The position numbers were made by a program, and so were the translations under genes. The notes under the pieces were generated by a model that did not search any database, had not been told where the DNA came from, and saw only the letters and a program-made list of their open reading frames with translations. A DNA stretch of 64,000 bases, from NCBI GenBank assembly GCA_004322265.1, contig SCSZ01000031.1:13148-77147 (forward strand), given 5' to 3'. Positions within the stretch are counted from its first letter, which is position 1. The number at the start of each line of letters is the position of its first letter. Shown here piece after piece: positions 24,208 through 33,672 of this stretch. The stretch is from Patescibacteria group bacterium. GTDB lineage: Bacteria > Patescibacteriota > Saccharimonadia > Saccharimonadales > Saccharimonadaceae.

Positions 24208-25830
24208 ATGCCAAGTCTACGAAGTACCGTCGCTCGAGCAAATAAAAAGCTTCCACTCCAGCTAGCGGCGACGCTGTTGGCTGGCTCGACGCTACTTTCA
24301 AGTATCTTAGGTCTGGTTCGTGAACGCCTACTAAACGGCCTATATCTACACACCTATCCACTCGGTATCGACGCCTATACGGTTGCCTTTACGATTCCTG
24401 ACTTCATGTTTTTTATTCTGACTTCAGGTGCGCTCAGCGTAACATTCATACCGATATTCAACCAGCGTCTTGCCGGTGGTAACAAAAAGTCTGCTTGGGA
24501 ACTATCAACAAGTATTTTGAACTTTATGGCAATTTTGACCTTCGCAGTCAGTATCCTGATTATCATTTTTGCTGATCCACTAGTTCATTACGTAGTGGGT
24601 CCAGGACTGGATGAGTCTGGTCGAGCGCTGGCGGTCAGTATGATGCGTGTGATTGCGGTTAACCCATTATTATTTGCGATTGCAACGGTTGTCGCGAGTA
24701 TGCAACAGGCAATTGGGCGGTTCACTTTCTTTGCATTAGCGCCGACTGTTTATAGCATCGGTATTATTATCGGTGCACTATTCTTTACAAAGGGTATTAA
24801 CATATTTGGCTGGCAGGTATTTGAGGGCGGTATTATGGGACTGGCTCTTGGTGTCATACTTGGTTCGATACTGCAGCTACTCGTTAGTAGTATCGGACTG
24901 CTCGGGATGGGATTCGATTATCGGTTCAAGATCTATTGGAAGAATAAAGGTTTTCGCAAGATGCTGTGGCTACTGCCTGCCCGTTCGCTTGATCAAGGCA
25001 TCGATTATGTGAATAGTATTGTTGAGACTAACCTGGCATCTCGTATGGTCGCCGGCACGGTTCGTTCGTACCAGCAAGCAACTGCTTTGTCGTACGTACC
25101 AATAAATCTTATTGGTGTTGCAATCAGCACAGCTGCATTTCCACGTATGTCGGAACGACTTGCAGAAGGTAGGCCTGATCTATATAAGCAAGAACTCCAG
25201 ACGGTCCTGCGTGTGATTATTTGGCTGGCTCTGCCCGTAACAGTCATCGCATTCTTTTTGCGTGGTTATCTGGTTAGCTTTATTATTAACGGTGGTGATA
25301 CGCTGATTGCTAGTATCTTTGGAATCCTTGCAATTGTTATTACATTCCGTTCGATTTACTATATCGCGGCCAAGAGTTTTTATGCTCATCAGGACACCAA
25401 GACGCCGCTATACGTTTCGTTTTTCACAATCGCGTTAAATATTACGCTCGCCGTGTGGTTTACGATGGGGCTTGGCATGGGACCATATGGATTGGCTTGG
25501 GCTGCAGCAATTGTTGCGGTTGTGGAAGTCTCCATCCTGTTGACCATTATGATGAGACGTATTCCTGGATTGTTCGGGAGAGCATTTGTTGGGTCTGTTG
25601 CTCGTATGACGAGTGCCGCTGGCTTTACGGCAGTCATTACCTATATTCTCGTCAACATACTACCGCTTAGTGCTAATGAGCAAGGCTTCTACTCGAGCTT
25701 TCCAAAGTTCTTGGTTATTGTCCTCGCGAGTGGACTTGCGTACTTACTTTTTAGCTATCTTTTGAAGCTAGAAGAAGTCGGGCCAATCCTGGCTCGAGCT
25801 AAAAAAATCATTTTCTATAGGAATCGATAA
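24208..25830 (+). CDS. murJ: Lipid II flippase MurJ/MviN family (540 aa)
   Basis: About 14 TM helices. N-terminal pattern SSILGLVRERLL...DAYTVAFTIPDF...GALSVTFIPIF matches MurJ. Confidence 0.8.
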   Translation: MPSLRSTVARANKKLPLQLAATLLAGSTLLSSILGLVRERLLNGLYLHTYPLGIDAYTVAFTIPDFMFFILTSGALSVTFIPIFNQRLAGGNKKSAWELSTSILNFMAILTFAVSILIIIFADPLVHYVVGPGLDESGRALAVSMMRVIAVNPLLFAIATVVASMQQAIGRFTFFALAPTVYSIGIIIGALFFTKGINIFGWQVFEGGIMGLALGVILGSILQLLVSSIGLLGMGFDYRFKIYWKNKGFRKMLWLLPARSLDQGIDYVNSIVETNLASRMVAGTVRSYQQATALSYVPINLIGVAISTAAFPRMSERLAEGRPDLYKQELQTVLRVIIWLALPVTVIAFFLRGYLVSFIINGGDTLIASIFGILAIVITFRSIYYIAAKSFYAHQDTKTPLYVSFFTIALNITLAVWFTMGLGMGPYGLAWAAAIVAVVEVSILLTIMMRRIPGLFGRAFVGSVARMTSAAGFTAVITYILVNILPLSANEQGFYSSFPKFLVIVLASGLAYLLFSYLLKLEEVGPILARAKKIIFYRNR

Positions 25831-25835
25831 TTTCT

Positions 25836-27614
25836 ATGAATCAGACACAAATTCGTAACTTTTGTATTATTGCCCACATCGATCATGGCAAATCTACTCT
25901 TGCTGATCGTATGCTCGAAATAACGAGAACGGTGTTAAAGCGCGATATGAAGTCGCAGTTACTTGATAGCATGGACCTCGAGCGAGAAAAGGGAATTACG
26001 ATTAAATTAGCACCTGTTCGTATGAAGTACAAAGACTATGATTTGAATCTGATTGACACGCCTGGCCATGTTGACTTTAGCTACGAAGTGAGTCGATCGC
26101 TTGCCGCCTGCGAGGGAGCAGTACTTGTTGTGGATGCAAGCCAAGGTATTCAAGCTCAAACACTGGCAAACGTCTACTTGGCGCTCGCTGCTAATCTCAC
26201 GATCATCCCGGTTCTCAATAAAATTGACTTACCAGCGGCTGATGTTCCACGAGTGAGCGCCGAGATTATCAACTTACTTGGTTGTAGTGAGGACGACATA
26301 TTAAAGATTAGTGCCAAGACCGGTCAGGGCGTTGAGGAAGTTCTCGATGCTGTTATCGAACGAATTACACCACCAAAAGGTGATAGTAATGCGCCAACAC
26401 GTGCACTTATTTTCGACAGCTACTACGATGATTACCGTGGGGTAATTCTCTATACTCGTGTCGTTGATGGCACAATTAAAAAAGGCGATACCATTGAAAT
26501 GATTGCAACATCTGCAAATGGATTAGCACTTGAAGTTGGCTCGCTCAGTCCAGCCATGAAAGCTGGCAGTGATCTAGGTAACGGTGAGATTGGTTATATT
26601 GTAACGAACTTACGGACTACTCGTGAAGCGCGAGTCGGTGATACCGTAACGACCAAGCGTGCGCATACTGACGAGCAACTACCTGGCTACAAGTTGGTTC
26701 AACCATTCGTCTACGCCGGCTTTTTCCCAGTCAGTAATGACGATTATCAGGATCTCAAGGATGCTGTTGAAAAGTTGAGTCTGAGCGATTCAGCACTACA
26801 ATTTGAACCAGAGAATTCGCCTGTCCTAGGATTCGGCGTTCGGATTGGCTTTTTAGGACTACTGCATATGGACATCATCCGGGAGCGTTTGGAGCGTGAG
26901 TATAATCTCGATTTAGTGGTAACGAACCCATCGACTGACTATCAGGTTAGTCTGTCATCGGGCGACGAACTCGATATTAAAAGCGCTAGTGAGTTGCCTG
27001 ATGTGAGCCGTGTACGTGAAATTCGTGAGCCCTGGATTAAAGGTGAGATTGTCGTCCCCCAAGCCTATATTGGTGCGGTTTTACAACTCATTATTAACAA
27101 ACGCGGTCGACAAAGTAATCTAAGCTATATTGACGAACAAGCGCTCATTAGTTTTGAAGCACCACTCGCGAACTTATTAACGGATTTCTACGACCAACTT
27201 AAGTCGGTTACAAGTGGCTACGGCTCATTTAATTATGAGTTGGATAATTATCGGGCAGAAGATTTAGTGCGCATTGATTTTTATGTGGCTGGTGAAATGA
27301 TTGATGCGCTTAGTATTATGGCCCACCGATCAGAATCGCAACACCTTGGTCGAAGTATTGTTGATAAATTAAAAGACGTTATTCCTAGGCAGAACTTTCA
27401 AGTTGCGATTCAGGCTGCAATCGGTGGTAAGTTTATCGCTCGAGCTGACCTATCAGCCTATCGTAAAGACGTAACGACTGGACTGTATGGTGGGGACGTA
27501 TCGCGTAAAAAGAAAGTCCTTGCTAAGCAAGCAAAGGGTAAAAAGCGCATGAAGCGATTTGGCAAAGTCGACATTCCGTCCGAAGCGTTTACTGTGATGC
27601 TCAAACGCGACTAA
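25836..27614 (+). CDS. lepA: Elongation factor 4
   Basis: IRNFCIIAHIDHGKSTLADR, DTPGHVDF, NKIDL and the LepA-specific C-terminal region. Confidence 0.95.
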   Translation: MNQTQIRNFCIIAHIDHGKSTLADRMLEITRTVLKRDMKSQLLDSMDLEREKGITIKLAPVRMKYKDYDLNLIDTPGHVDFSYEVSRSLAACEGAVLVVDASQGIQAQTLANVYLALAANLTIIPVLNKIDLPAADVPRVSAEIINLLGCSEDDILKISAKTGQGVEEVLDAVIERITPPKGDSNAPTRALIFDSYYDDYRGVILYTRVVDGTIKKGDTIEMIATSANGLALEVGSLSPAMKAGSDLGNGEIGYIVTNLRTTREARVGDTVTTKRAHTDEQLPGYKLVQPFVYAGFFPVSNDDYQDLKDAVEKLSLSDSALQFEPENSPVLGFGVRIGFLGLLHMDIIRERLEREYNLDLVVTNPSTDYQVSLSSGDELDIKSASELPDVSRVREIREPWIKGEIVVPQAYIGAVLQLIINKRGRQSNLSYIDEQALISFEAPLANLLTDFYDQLKSVTSGYGSFNYELDNYRAEDLVRIDFYVAGEMIDALSIMAHRSESQHLGRSIVDKLKDVIPRQNFQVAIQAAIGGKFIARADLSAYRKDVTTGLYGGDVSRKKKVLAKQAKGKKRMKRFGKVDIPSEAFTVMLKRD

Positions 27615-27698
27615 GAGATTCGGGAAGAGCAGCCAGTCCCGGCGAATTTATTTCGGTGCACTCGCGCGAGAAACCTACTTGTAGGTGCCTCATTTGTT

Positions 27699-28727
27699 CT
27701 AAAATGAAACGAGACGGGCACGAGGATCGAGTGGAATTGGTTCGTGGACACGATTCACCCACTCGGGTGGCGTTACAGCACTTGGCTTAATTTTACGCGC
27801 GCGTATATCCATATTTGTTTGCTGAGATTGTCGACTGACGTTCGTGTGCATTTTTACAGCGGCAACAGGTAGTGTCTGTTCTGTGTTGTCGACTGGTTGT
27901 CCGACGAGATCTTCAAACGATAAAACCTCGAGTGATAGTGTCGAATTTGGCATTGCAGACAGATCAAAACGTGGTTGTAGCGCTTTTGCCTTACGGTTCA
28001 TTTGTGCGTGTTGAATGGCAATAATAACGATTGATAAGTTATAAAGAACGATAATTGGTAGGGCAATCAGGAGTGTTGTTACAACATCAAACGCGAATGG
28101 GACAAGTATGCTTATAACTAAACTTCCTAGAATGACCCACTTTTCACCTGATAGGAGTGTCTGTGGACGAAGAGGCTTAATGCGGTCGATGAACGCCATC
28201 AGTAGAGGTAACTGGAAGACAAGCACAAACGTGATAATTACATTGGTGACAAATCCTAAATAGCTATCAGCTGATATCAGAGCGTTTAAGCCACTGACCT
28301 GAAATCCGGCGAAAAACCTAAGCGCTCCTGGGATGATGTAGTAAAAGCCAAATGCTGCTCCAGCAAATGCGAGAATTGCCGACATAAATGATGTGGCAAC
28401 AACGCGCCTTATCGGTACAGGCTGCGAGAAAGCTGGGCGAATAAACATGATAAGGTTAAAGATAATAACCGGGATCGCAATCGCAAGCGCACCCATAAAA
28501 CAAATCTTCATGACGAAAGAGAAACTTCCCGATGGAGAACTATAAAAGAGGGGTGCGCCAAGCGGTGAGCGCAGGAAATTAAGTAGTGGTTCGTAAAATG
28601 CATACACCACCACGCCTGCTACAACAAGCGCGAATACGGATACTAACAGCCGTCTGCGTAATTCGCGGATATGATCAACCAGTTTAGTCGCGTGATGCGA
28701 ATTGTGTACTGATTTTGCCACTGCCAC
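27699..28727 (-). CDS. tatC: Twin-arginine translocase subunit TatC with a ~95-aa C-terminal extension (342 aa)
   Basis: HIRELRRRLLVSVFALVV signature and six TM helices, followed by a hydrophilic tail. Confidence 0.85.
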   Translation of the reverse strand: MAVAKSVHNSHHATKLVDHIRELRRRLLVSVFALVVAGVVVYAFYEPLLNFLRSPLGAPLFYSSPSGSFSFVMKICFMGALAIAIPVIIFNLIMFIRPAFSQPVPIRRVVATSFMSAILAFAGAAFGFYYIIPGALRFFAGFQVSGLNALISADSYLGFVTNVIITFVLVFQLPLLMAFIDRIKPLRPQTLLSGEKWVILGSLVISILVPFAFDVVTTLLIALPIIVLYNLSIVIIAIQHAQMNRKAKALQPRFDLSAMPNSTLSLEVLSFEDLVGQPVDNTEQTLPVAAVKMHTNVSRQSQQTNMDIRARKIKPSAVTPPEWVNRVHEPIPLDPRARLVSF

Positions 28728-28735
28728 CCCTTAGA

Positions 28736-28930
28736 TTAAGATTTTTTAGTCGTCTTCTTGACTGTTTTTTCGGCGACTTCATCCTTGTCGTCGTACTCGC
28801 CGTTCATAGCTTTTTTGAATTCGCTACGTGTCTTACCGAGTCCTCGTGCAAACTCTGGAAGCTTCTTGCCTCCAACAAAAAGTAGCACTATCGCTAGGAC
28901 GATAATTGCAATAATCTCAACTTTTCCCAT
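28736..28930 (-). CDS. tatA: Twin-arginine translocase subunit TatA/E (64 aa)
   Basis: A TM helix followed by GGKKLPEFARGLGKTRSEFKKA, an amphipathic helix. Confidence 0.85.
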   Translation of the reverse strand: MGKVEIIAIIVLAIVLLFVGGKKLPEFARGLGKTRSEFKKAMNGEYDDKDEVAEKTVKKTTKKS

Positions 28931-28996
28931 ATACTCCCTCTTTCTCTCTACGTACTACTATTAATATAAGCAAAAGGAGGTGATTTTACAAGGGTG

Positions 28997-29617
28997 TTAT
29001 TGCTGTTTGGCACGCAGTTCGAGTTGGTCCAGAATGTCGCTTTGAACTTGTTCGCGAGACTTAGTCGCATCAATTTCAATTAACAAGCCAAGCTGACGGT
29101 AGTGATCGATGACAGGCATGGTTTTTTGCTCGAACTCTTCGAATCTCGTTTCGAGTAGTTTTTCATCATCATCTTCACGATCGCCACGATCTTTTAAGTC
29201 TTTACTTTTATTTAGTCGCATCAATGCATCTTCGCGAGATACGACTAAATAGATAACAGCCTTTAGGGGATGGTTGGACTCTTTGAGTACTTCCATCACA
29301 CCATCTTCCTCACCGTACCAACGACCGACTGAACTTAACAGAAGAGATTTACCCTGAAGAGAAGGTTGGCTAAGGTAGGGTAGAACCATTTCAACAAAGA
29401 GGCTACTAGGCATTAGCGCACCCTTATCAAAATAGGATTTTATTTCGGGCGTGATACCGGCTCGAAAAATATCACCACTACCAATTTTAGGCCCATTGAA
29501 CAACTTTGCTAGGCGGTTCGTTTGGTCGTCCTTGCCGGCAAAGGGCAAACCGAAGATATTAATCGAGCCGCTACCTAACCAGTCAGAAATAGTGGAAATC
29601 TGTTTTGGATCAACCAT
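28997..29617 (-). CDS. Adenylate kinase-like NMP kinase with a degenerate P-loop (206 aa)
   Basis: IFGLPFAGKDDQ in place of GxPGxGKGTQ, then GDIFR and the C-terminal R.DD..E....R...F...T.PVIDHY pattern. Start placed at ATG 29617. Confidence 0.5.
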   Translation of the reverse strand: MVDPKQISTISDWLGSGSINIFGLPFAGKDDQTNRLAKLFNGPKIGSGDIFRAGITPEIKSYFDKGALMPSSLFVEMVLPYLSQPSLQGKSLLLSSVGRWYGEEDGVMEVLKESNHPLKAVIYLVVSREDALMRLNKSKDLKDRGDREDDDEKLLETRFEEFEQKTMPVIDHYRQLGLLIEIDATKSREQVQSDILDQLELRAKQQ

Positions 29618-29668
29618 ATGTAGTAGGTAGTATAGCGAAGCAGCCAATAATCGACAAGCTTGACTACT

Positions 29669-29695
29669 TTGGCACTCATTGACATTGAGTGCCAA
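29669..29695. promoter_or_regulatory. CIRCE operator (hrcA-grpE)
   Basis: TTGGCACTC-N9-GAGTGCCAA, a perfect inverted repeat. The spacer contains the -35 TTGACA (29679-29684). TACAAT at 29703-29708, with the ATG 6 nt later. Confidence 0.85.
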
Positions 29696-29714
29696 ATCAA
29701 GCTACAATATTGCT

Positions 29715-30425
29715 ATGACAGAACGCCAAATGCAGATACTGGCCGCGATTATCGAACAGCATGCAGAGATTGCTGCACCAGTGGGAAGTGTGATGCTTGC
29801 CCAGCTATTTGGTGTCTCTAGCGCCACGATTCGTAGTGAAATGGCACGTCTCGAAGAGATGGGCATGATTGCACAACCACACACTAGCGCTGGACGTGTG
29901 CCGACCGATGCAGGCTATCGTTTTTACGTAAATACTCTCAATGAACTGCACTCAAATGAGCCACAGACACTACTATCAGATCGCAGTACTAAGGCAATCG
30001 AAGCGCGGGTTGGTAACCAAACAGGAGCTGATCGAGCAATTCGTAGTGCAGTCGATAGCTTAGTTGAGCTCACTCATAACCTTGGCCTCGCGACGATCGG
30101 TAACGAACTGTATCTCAGTGGTATTGGTAATTTATTCTCTCAGCCCGAGTTTGCCTCCAGCGACCACACGCAGGAAGTAGCAAGATTACTTGATAACCTT
30201 GAGCCATGGCTTCGTGAAGCTGCCCCGAATGAACCCCTTAATGTGTACATTGGTGCTGAGAATCCAATCGGCAAATCGAGCGGCGCCAGTCTGATTATTA
30301 GTCGATTCCGCTCACCATACAGCGACCGTAGTTACATCGGCGTACTAGGATCAACTCGTCAGAGTTACGCCAAGGTAATGCGGCTCGTTCGTCATGCGGG
30401 CGCGATGCTAGAGGAAGTACTGTAA
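29715..30425 (+). CDS. hrcA: Heat-inducible transcription repressor HrcA, short form (236 aa)
   Basis: Winged-helix N-terminus and LEEMGMIAQPHTSAGRVPTDAGYRFYV. About 100 aa shorter than typical HrcA. Confidence 0.85.
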   Translation: MTERQMQILAAIIEQHAEIAAPVGSVMLAQLFGVSSATIRSEMARLEEMGMIAQPHTSAGRVPTDAGYRFYVNTLNELHSNEPQTLLSDRSTKAIEARVGNQTGADRAIRSAVDSLVELTHNLGLATIGNELYLSGIGNLFSQPEFASSDHTQEVARLLDNLEPWLREAAPNEPLNVYIGAENPIGKSSGASLIISRFRSPYSDRSYIGVLGSTRQSYAKVMRLVRHAGAMLEEVL

Positions 30426-30889
30426 TGGCAAAAAGTAAAATCCAAGAACAGCTTGAATTGCAGGTGGCAGAGTTAACAAGCGACGTACAGCGTACGCGTG
30501 CCGATTTTGAGAACTTTCGTAAGCGCGCGGAGTCTGACAAATTACAAGCACGTGAATCGGGCCAAGCAAGTGCAATCCTAAAACTTCTACCAGTCATCGA
30601 TAACATTGAACGTGCAATTGCCTACACACCAGCTGAGCTTAAAGATAACGCATGGGTACAAAGTGTCGCAGGACTTGTCAAGAATCTTGATAAATCACTC
30701 GAGAGTTTGAACCTGAAACGTATTGATGCAAGTGTCGGTGTCGCGTTCAACCCAGATTTTCATGAAGCGATTCAATTTGATGAAGAGGCAACTGGTGAAC
30801 ACGAAGTCATTGCTGAGGAAATGCAAGCTGGCTACACACTAAACGGCCACGTGATTCGCCACGCAATGGTCAAAGTTACACGTCAATAG
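30425..30889 (+). CDS. grpE: Nucleotide exchange factor GrpE (154 aa)
   Basis: TAATG overlap with hrcA. Motifs DFENFRKR and LLPVIDNIERA. Confidence 0.9.
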   Translation: MAKSKIQEQLELQVAELTSDVQRTRADFENFRKRAESDKLQARESGQASAILKLLPVIDNIERAIAYTPAELKDNAWVQSVAGLVKNLDKSLESLNLKRIDASVGVAFNPDFHEAIQFDEEATGEHEVIAEEMQAGYTLNGHVIRHAMVKVTRQ

Positions 30890-30899
30890 ATCGCTCAAA

Positions 30900-30930
30900 C
30901 CAAAACCCATCAATAATTGATGATTTTTGG
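30900..30930. terminator. Hairpin terminator after grpE
   Basis: CCAAAACCCATCAAT / ATTGATGATTTTTGG, an imperfect stem with a T-run on the + strand. Confidence 0.55.
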
Positions 30931-30988
30931 CTTGAGGCGGAGAGGAGCTCCACCACAAGCCGCACGCCTAACACGTGCATCTTGTGGG

Positions 30989-31513
30989 CTAGCCCACGCG
31001 GACGTAAAGCTCGGGAATGCGAAGACGGAAATTCCACCTGAGGGTCAGGAAGACTCCGACGAACGGCTGACTCGCGATGAAGCGCTTCAGCAACTCGTAG
31101 TTCCCCGAACCCTTAGGAAAATCACCGACTAACGACGAGCGCTTGTTGATGTAGTGGAGGCCTTCACGCGTAATCACGAAGCACCAAGTGTTCTGGTGAG
31201 ACACCTCGCACTTGATCCTGCACGCACACCGCGACAGTCGCTCTGCCATCCTGACATCTTGATCCAGTTTCGACTGAATCAGCGATGTAAGGTCAACAGG
31301 AGTTGACTCTGGCGCCATCTTCACTTCATCGACACGTTCACCTCTGTTTGCATCGGTGATCTGCTGGTCGACGGGAATACCCCTCGCTATTTCTTCCAGT
31401 TTTAATGCGTTAATAACCACAGAGAACCGTGGCTCCTCTCCGTACTTTTTGGCTGAAACGTGTTTGTCTCTAAGACCGCAATCGATAATAGTCCTGTTAA
31501 TATATAAAATCAA
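30989..31513 (-). CDS. Doubtful ORF (174 aa, TTG start) inside the GC-rich grpE-dnaK insertion
   Basis: This is the only open frame across the insertion. No SD, no family match by eye, and its C-terminal third overlaps strongly self-complementary sequence. It could be a pseudogene or non-coding. Confidence 0.25.
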   Translation of the reverse strand: MILYINRTIIDCGLRDKHVSAKKYGEEPRFSVVINALKLEEIARGIPVDQQITDANRGERVDEVKMAPESTPVDLTSLIQSKLDQDVRMAERLSRCACRIKCEVSHQNTWCFVITREGLHYINKRSSLVGDFPKGSGNYELLKRFIASQPFVGVFLTLRWNFRLRIPELYVRVG

Positions 31514-31538
31514 GCATTTTGAAGGGTTATTTTATAAG

Positions 31539-31565
31539 TTGGCACTCTTGACATGAGAGTGCCAA
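31539..31565. promoter_or_regulatory. CIRCE operator (dnaK)
   Basis: TTGGCACTC-N9-GAGTGCCAA, perfect. The spacer contains TTGACA (31548-31553). TATAAT at 31572-31577. Confidence 0.85.
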
Positions 31566-31663
31566 CTTATGTATAATGAGAATACTTGGCAATCTAAGAT
31601 GTAGAGTGCTAAGATTGTAATTAGAAGATGCATACTTAGATTAATAAAATAGGAGATATAAAT

Positions 31664-33559
31664 ATGGGTAAAATTATTGGAATCGACCTCGGTACAACTA
31701 ACAGTGCCGTGGCGTACATGGTCGCAGGTAAGCCTGAAGTGATCGCAAATGCTGAAGGTAACCGTACAACACCAAGTGTTGTCGCAATCAACAAATCGGG
31801 TGAACGTTTGGTCGGGCAAGTTGCTCAGCGTCAACGTGTTACCAACGCCAAGAACACTATTTATGGTGTAAAGCGTTTGATTGGTCGTAAGTTTGGCGAT
31901 AAAGAGGTCCAGAAAGACCTCGACATCATGCCGTACGAAATCGTCAAAAAGGGCGATGGCGTTGCGGTAAAGATGGGCGACAAGGACTACTCACCAGAGG
32001 AAGTATCAGCCATGATTCTTTCAAAGTTAAAGGCAGATGCCGAAGCTTTTCTCGGCGAGAAAGTCACAGAAGCCGTTATTACGGTTCCTGCGTACTTCGA
32101 TGACTCGCAGAGACAGGCAACTAAAGACGCTGGTAAAATTGCCGGTCTAGAAGTTAAGCGTATTATTAACGAACCTACTGCTGCTGCACTTGCCTACGGA
32201 CTCGACAGCAAAAAAGACGAAAAAATCGCTGTATTCGACCTTGGTGGTGGAACATTCGACGTTTCAATTCTCGAACTTGGTGATGGTGTCTTTGAAGTTA
32301 AATCAACCAACGGTGATACACACCTTGGTGGTGAGGACTTCGACAACCGTATCGTAAATCACTTCCTCGACGTCTTTAAGAACGAACAAGGTATTGATTT
32401 GAAGTCTGATAAGGCCGCTATGCAGCGTCTAAAGGACGAAGCTGAAAAGGCAAAGAAAGAGCTTTCCTCAACTGCTGAGACTGAAATTAACCTACCGTTC
32501 CTAACAGCAGATGCTGAGGGCCCAAAGCACTTTGAGTACAAACTAACTCGTTCTAAATTAGAGGAACTCGTTAAAGACCTCATTGATGGTGTAACTGGTC
32601 CTGTCGAAAAAGCCCTTAAGGATGCGAAGCTAAAACCAAGCGAGATCGACGAAATCGTGCTGGTTGGTGGTATGACTCGTATGCCAGCAGTTGTCGAGAA
32701 GGTTAAGGAAATTTTCGGTAAAGACCCACTCAAGGGTGTAAACCCAGACGAAGTTGTTGCCATTGGTGCAGCAATTCAGGGTGGAGTATTGGCTGGTGAT
32801 GTTAAGGATGTTCTGCTACTTGATGTAACCCCACTGTCTCTTGGTATCGAAACCATGGGCGGTGTTGCAACCAAGCTTATCGAGCGTAATACTACTGTTC
32901 CGACTTCTAAGTCTGAGACATTTAGTACCGCTGCCGATAACCAACCACAGGTTGAAATTCATGTAACCCAAGGCGAGCGTGAGCTTGCAGCTGACAACAA
33001 ATCACTCGGCCGCTTTACACTCGACGGTATCGCCCCTGCACCTCGTGGAATCCCTCAGATCGAAGTTACGTTTAACATCGACGCTAACGGAATTCTTAAC
33101 GTTACCGCTAAGGACAAGGGAACTGGTAAAGAACAATCAATTACGATCTCTAACAGTGGTAACCTATCTAAGGAAGACATCGAAAAGGCAGCCAAAGATG
33201 CTGAAGAGCATGCAGATGATGACAAGAAAAAACGCGCTGCAATCGACGCACGTAACACTCTAGAGAGTGCTATCTACCAAGCAGAAAAGATGCCAGACGA
33301 GTTCAAGGATAAGATCTCTGATGAGGACAAGAAGATCATCACCGATGCTGTCGAGGAAGCGAAGAAGCACCAAACAAGCGATGACAAAGATGAGCTTGAG
33401 GCTGCAGCTAAGACACTCACAGACACAATCATGCCTATCGGTGCAAAGATGTATGAAGCCGCATCGAAAGAGGAAGCACCTGCCTCAGAGGACGCTGAAA
33501 AGAAAGACGACGAACCTGTTGAAGGTGAAGTTGTCGACGACAAAGAAGACGAAAAATAA
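31664..33559 (+). CDS. dnaK: Molecular chaperone DnaK
   Basis: SD AGGAGA upstream. Motifs [18 protein letters not shown], and an acidic C-terminal tail. Confidence 0.97.
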   Translation: MGKIIGIDLGTTNSAVAYMVAGKPEVIANAEGNRTTPSVVAINKSGERLVGQVAQRQRVTNAKNTIYGVKRLIGRKFGDKEVQKDLDIMPYEIVKKGDGVAVKMGDKDYSPEEVSAMILSKLKADAEAFLGEKVTEAVITVPAYFDDSQRQATKDAGKIAGLEVKRIINEPTAAALAYGLDSKKDEKIAVFDLGGGTFDVSILELGDGVFEVKSTNGDTHLGGEDFDNRIVNHFLDVFKNEQGIDLKSDKAAMQRLKDEAEKAKKELSSTAETEINLPFLTADAEGPKHFEYKLTRSKLEELVKDLIDGVTGPVEKALKDAKLKPSEIDEIVLVGGMTRMPAVVEKVKEIFGKDPLKGVNPDEVVAIGAAIQGGVLAGDVKDVLLLDVTPLSLGIETMGGVATKLIERNTTVPTSKSETFSTAADNQPQVEIHVTQGERELAADNKSLGRFTLDGIAPAPRGIPQIEVTFNIDANGILNVTAKDKGTGKEQSITISNSGNLSKEDIEKAAKDAEEHADDDKKKRAAIDARNTLESAIYQAEKMPDEFKDKISDEDKKIITDAVEEAKKHQTSDDKDELEAAAKTLTDTIMPIGAKMYEAASKEEAPASEDAEKKDDEPVEGEVVDDKEDEK

Positions 33560-33575
33560 CCCACCTCGTTACAAT

Positions 33576-33609
33576 AAAATAGAGTCGCATATGCGACTCT
33601 ATTTTATAT
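33576..33609 (+). terminator. Intrinsic terminator after dnaK
   Basis: 30-nt perfect palindrome AAAATAGAGTCGCAT/ATGCGACTCTATTTT. Confidence 0.85.
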
Positions 33610-33672
33610 ATTAACTTATGTTTTCGTGATATATTGGTAGTATAGTCAAATTAGTGACAAGAAAAAACAAAA

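Noticed and set aside
30917-31132. 71-aa + strand ORF in the grpE-dnaK insertion
   Set aside because: It is Arg/Ala/Pro-rich, has no SD, and starts inside the grpE terminator hairpin. It is most likely a by-product of the high GC.
30930-31140. Possible tmRNA (GAGCTCCACCA at 30946-30956 resembles a tmRNA or tRNA 3' end), RNase P RNA or SRP RNA
   Set aside because: There is no T-arm (GGTTCGAATCC-type) before the CCA and no complementary 5' acceptor strand. The RNase P GAGGAAAGTCC and ACAGAA elements are absent, as is the SRP GGAA/AGCA domain IV motif. I kept this only as an unclassified structured region.
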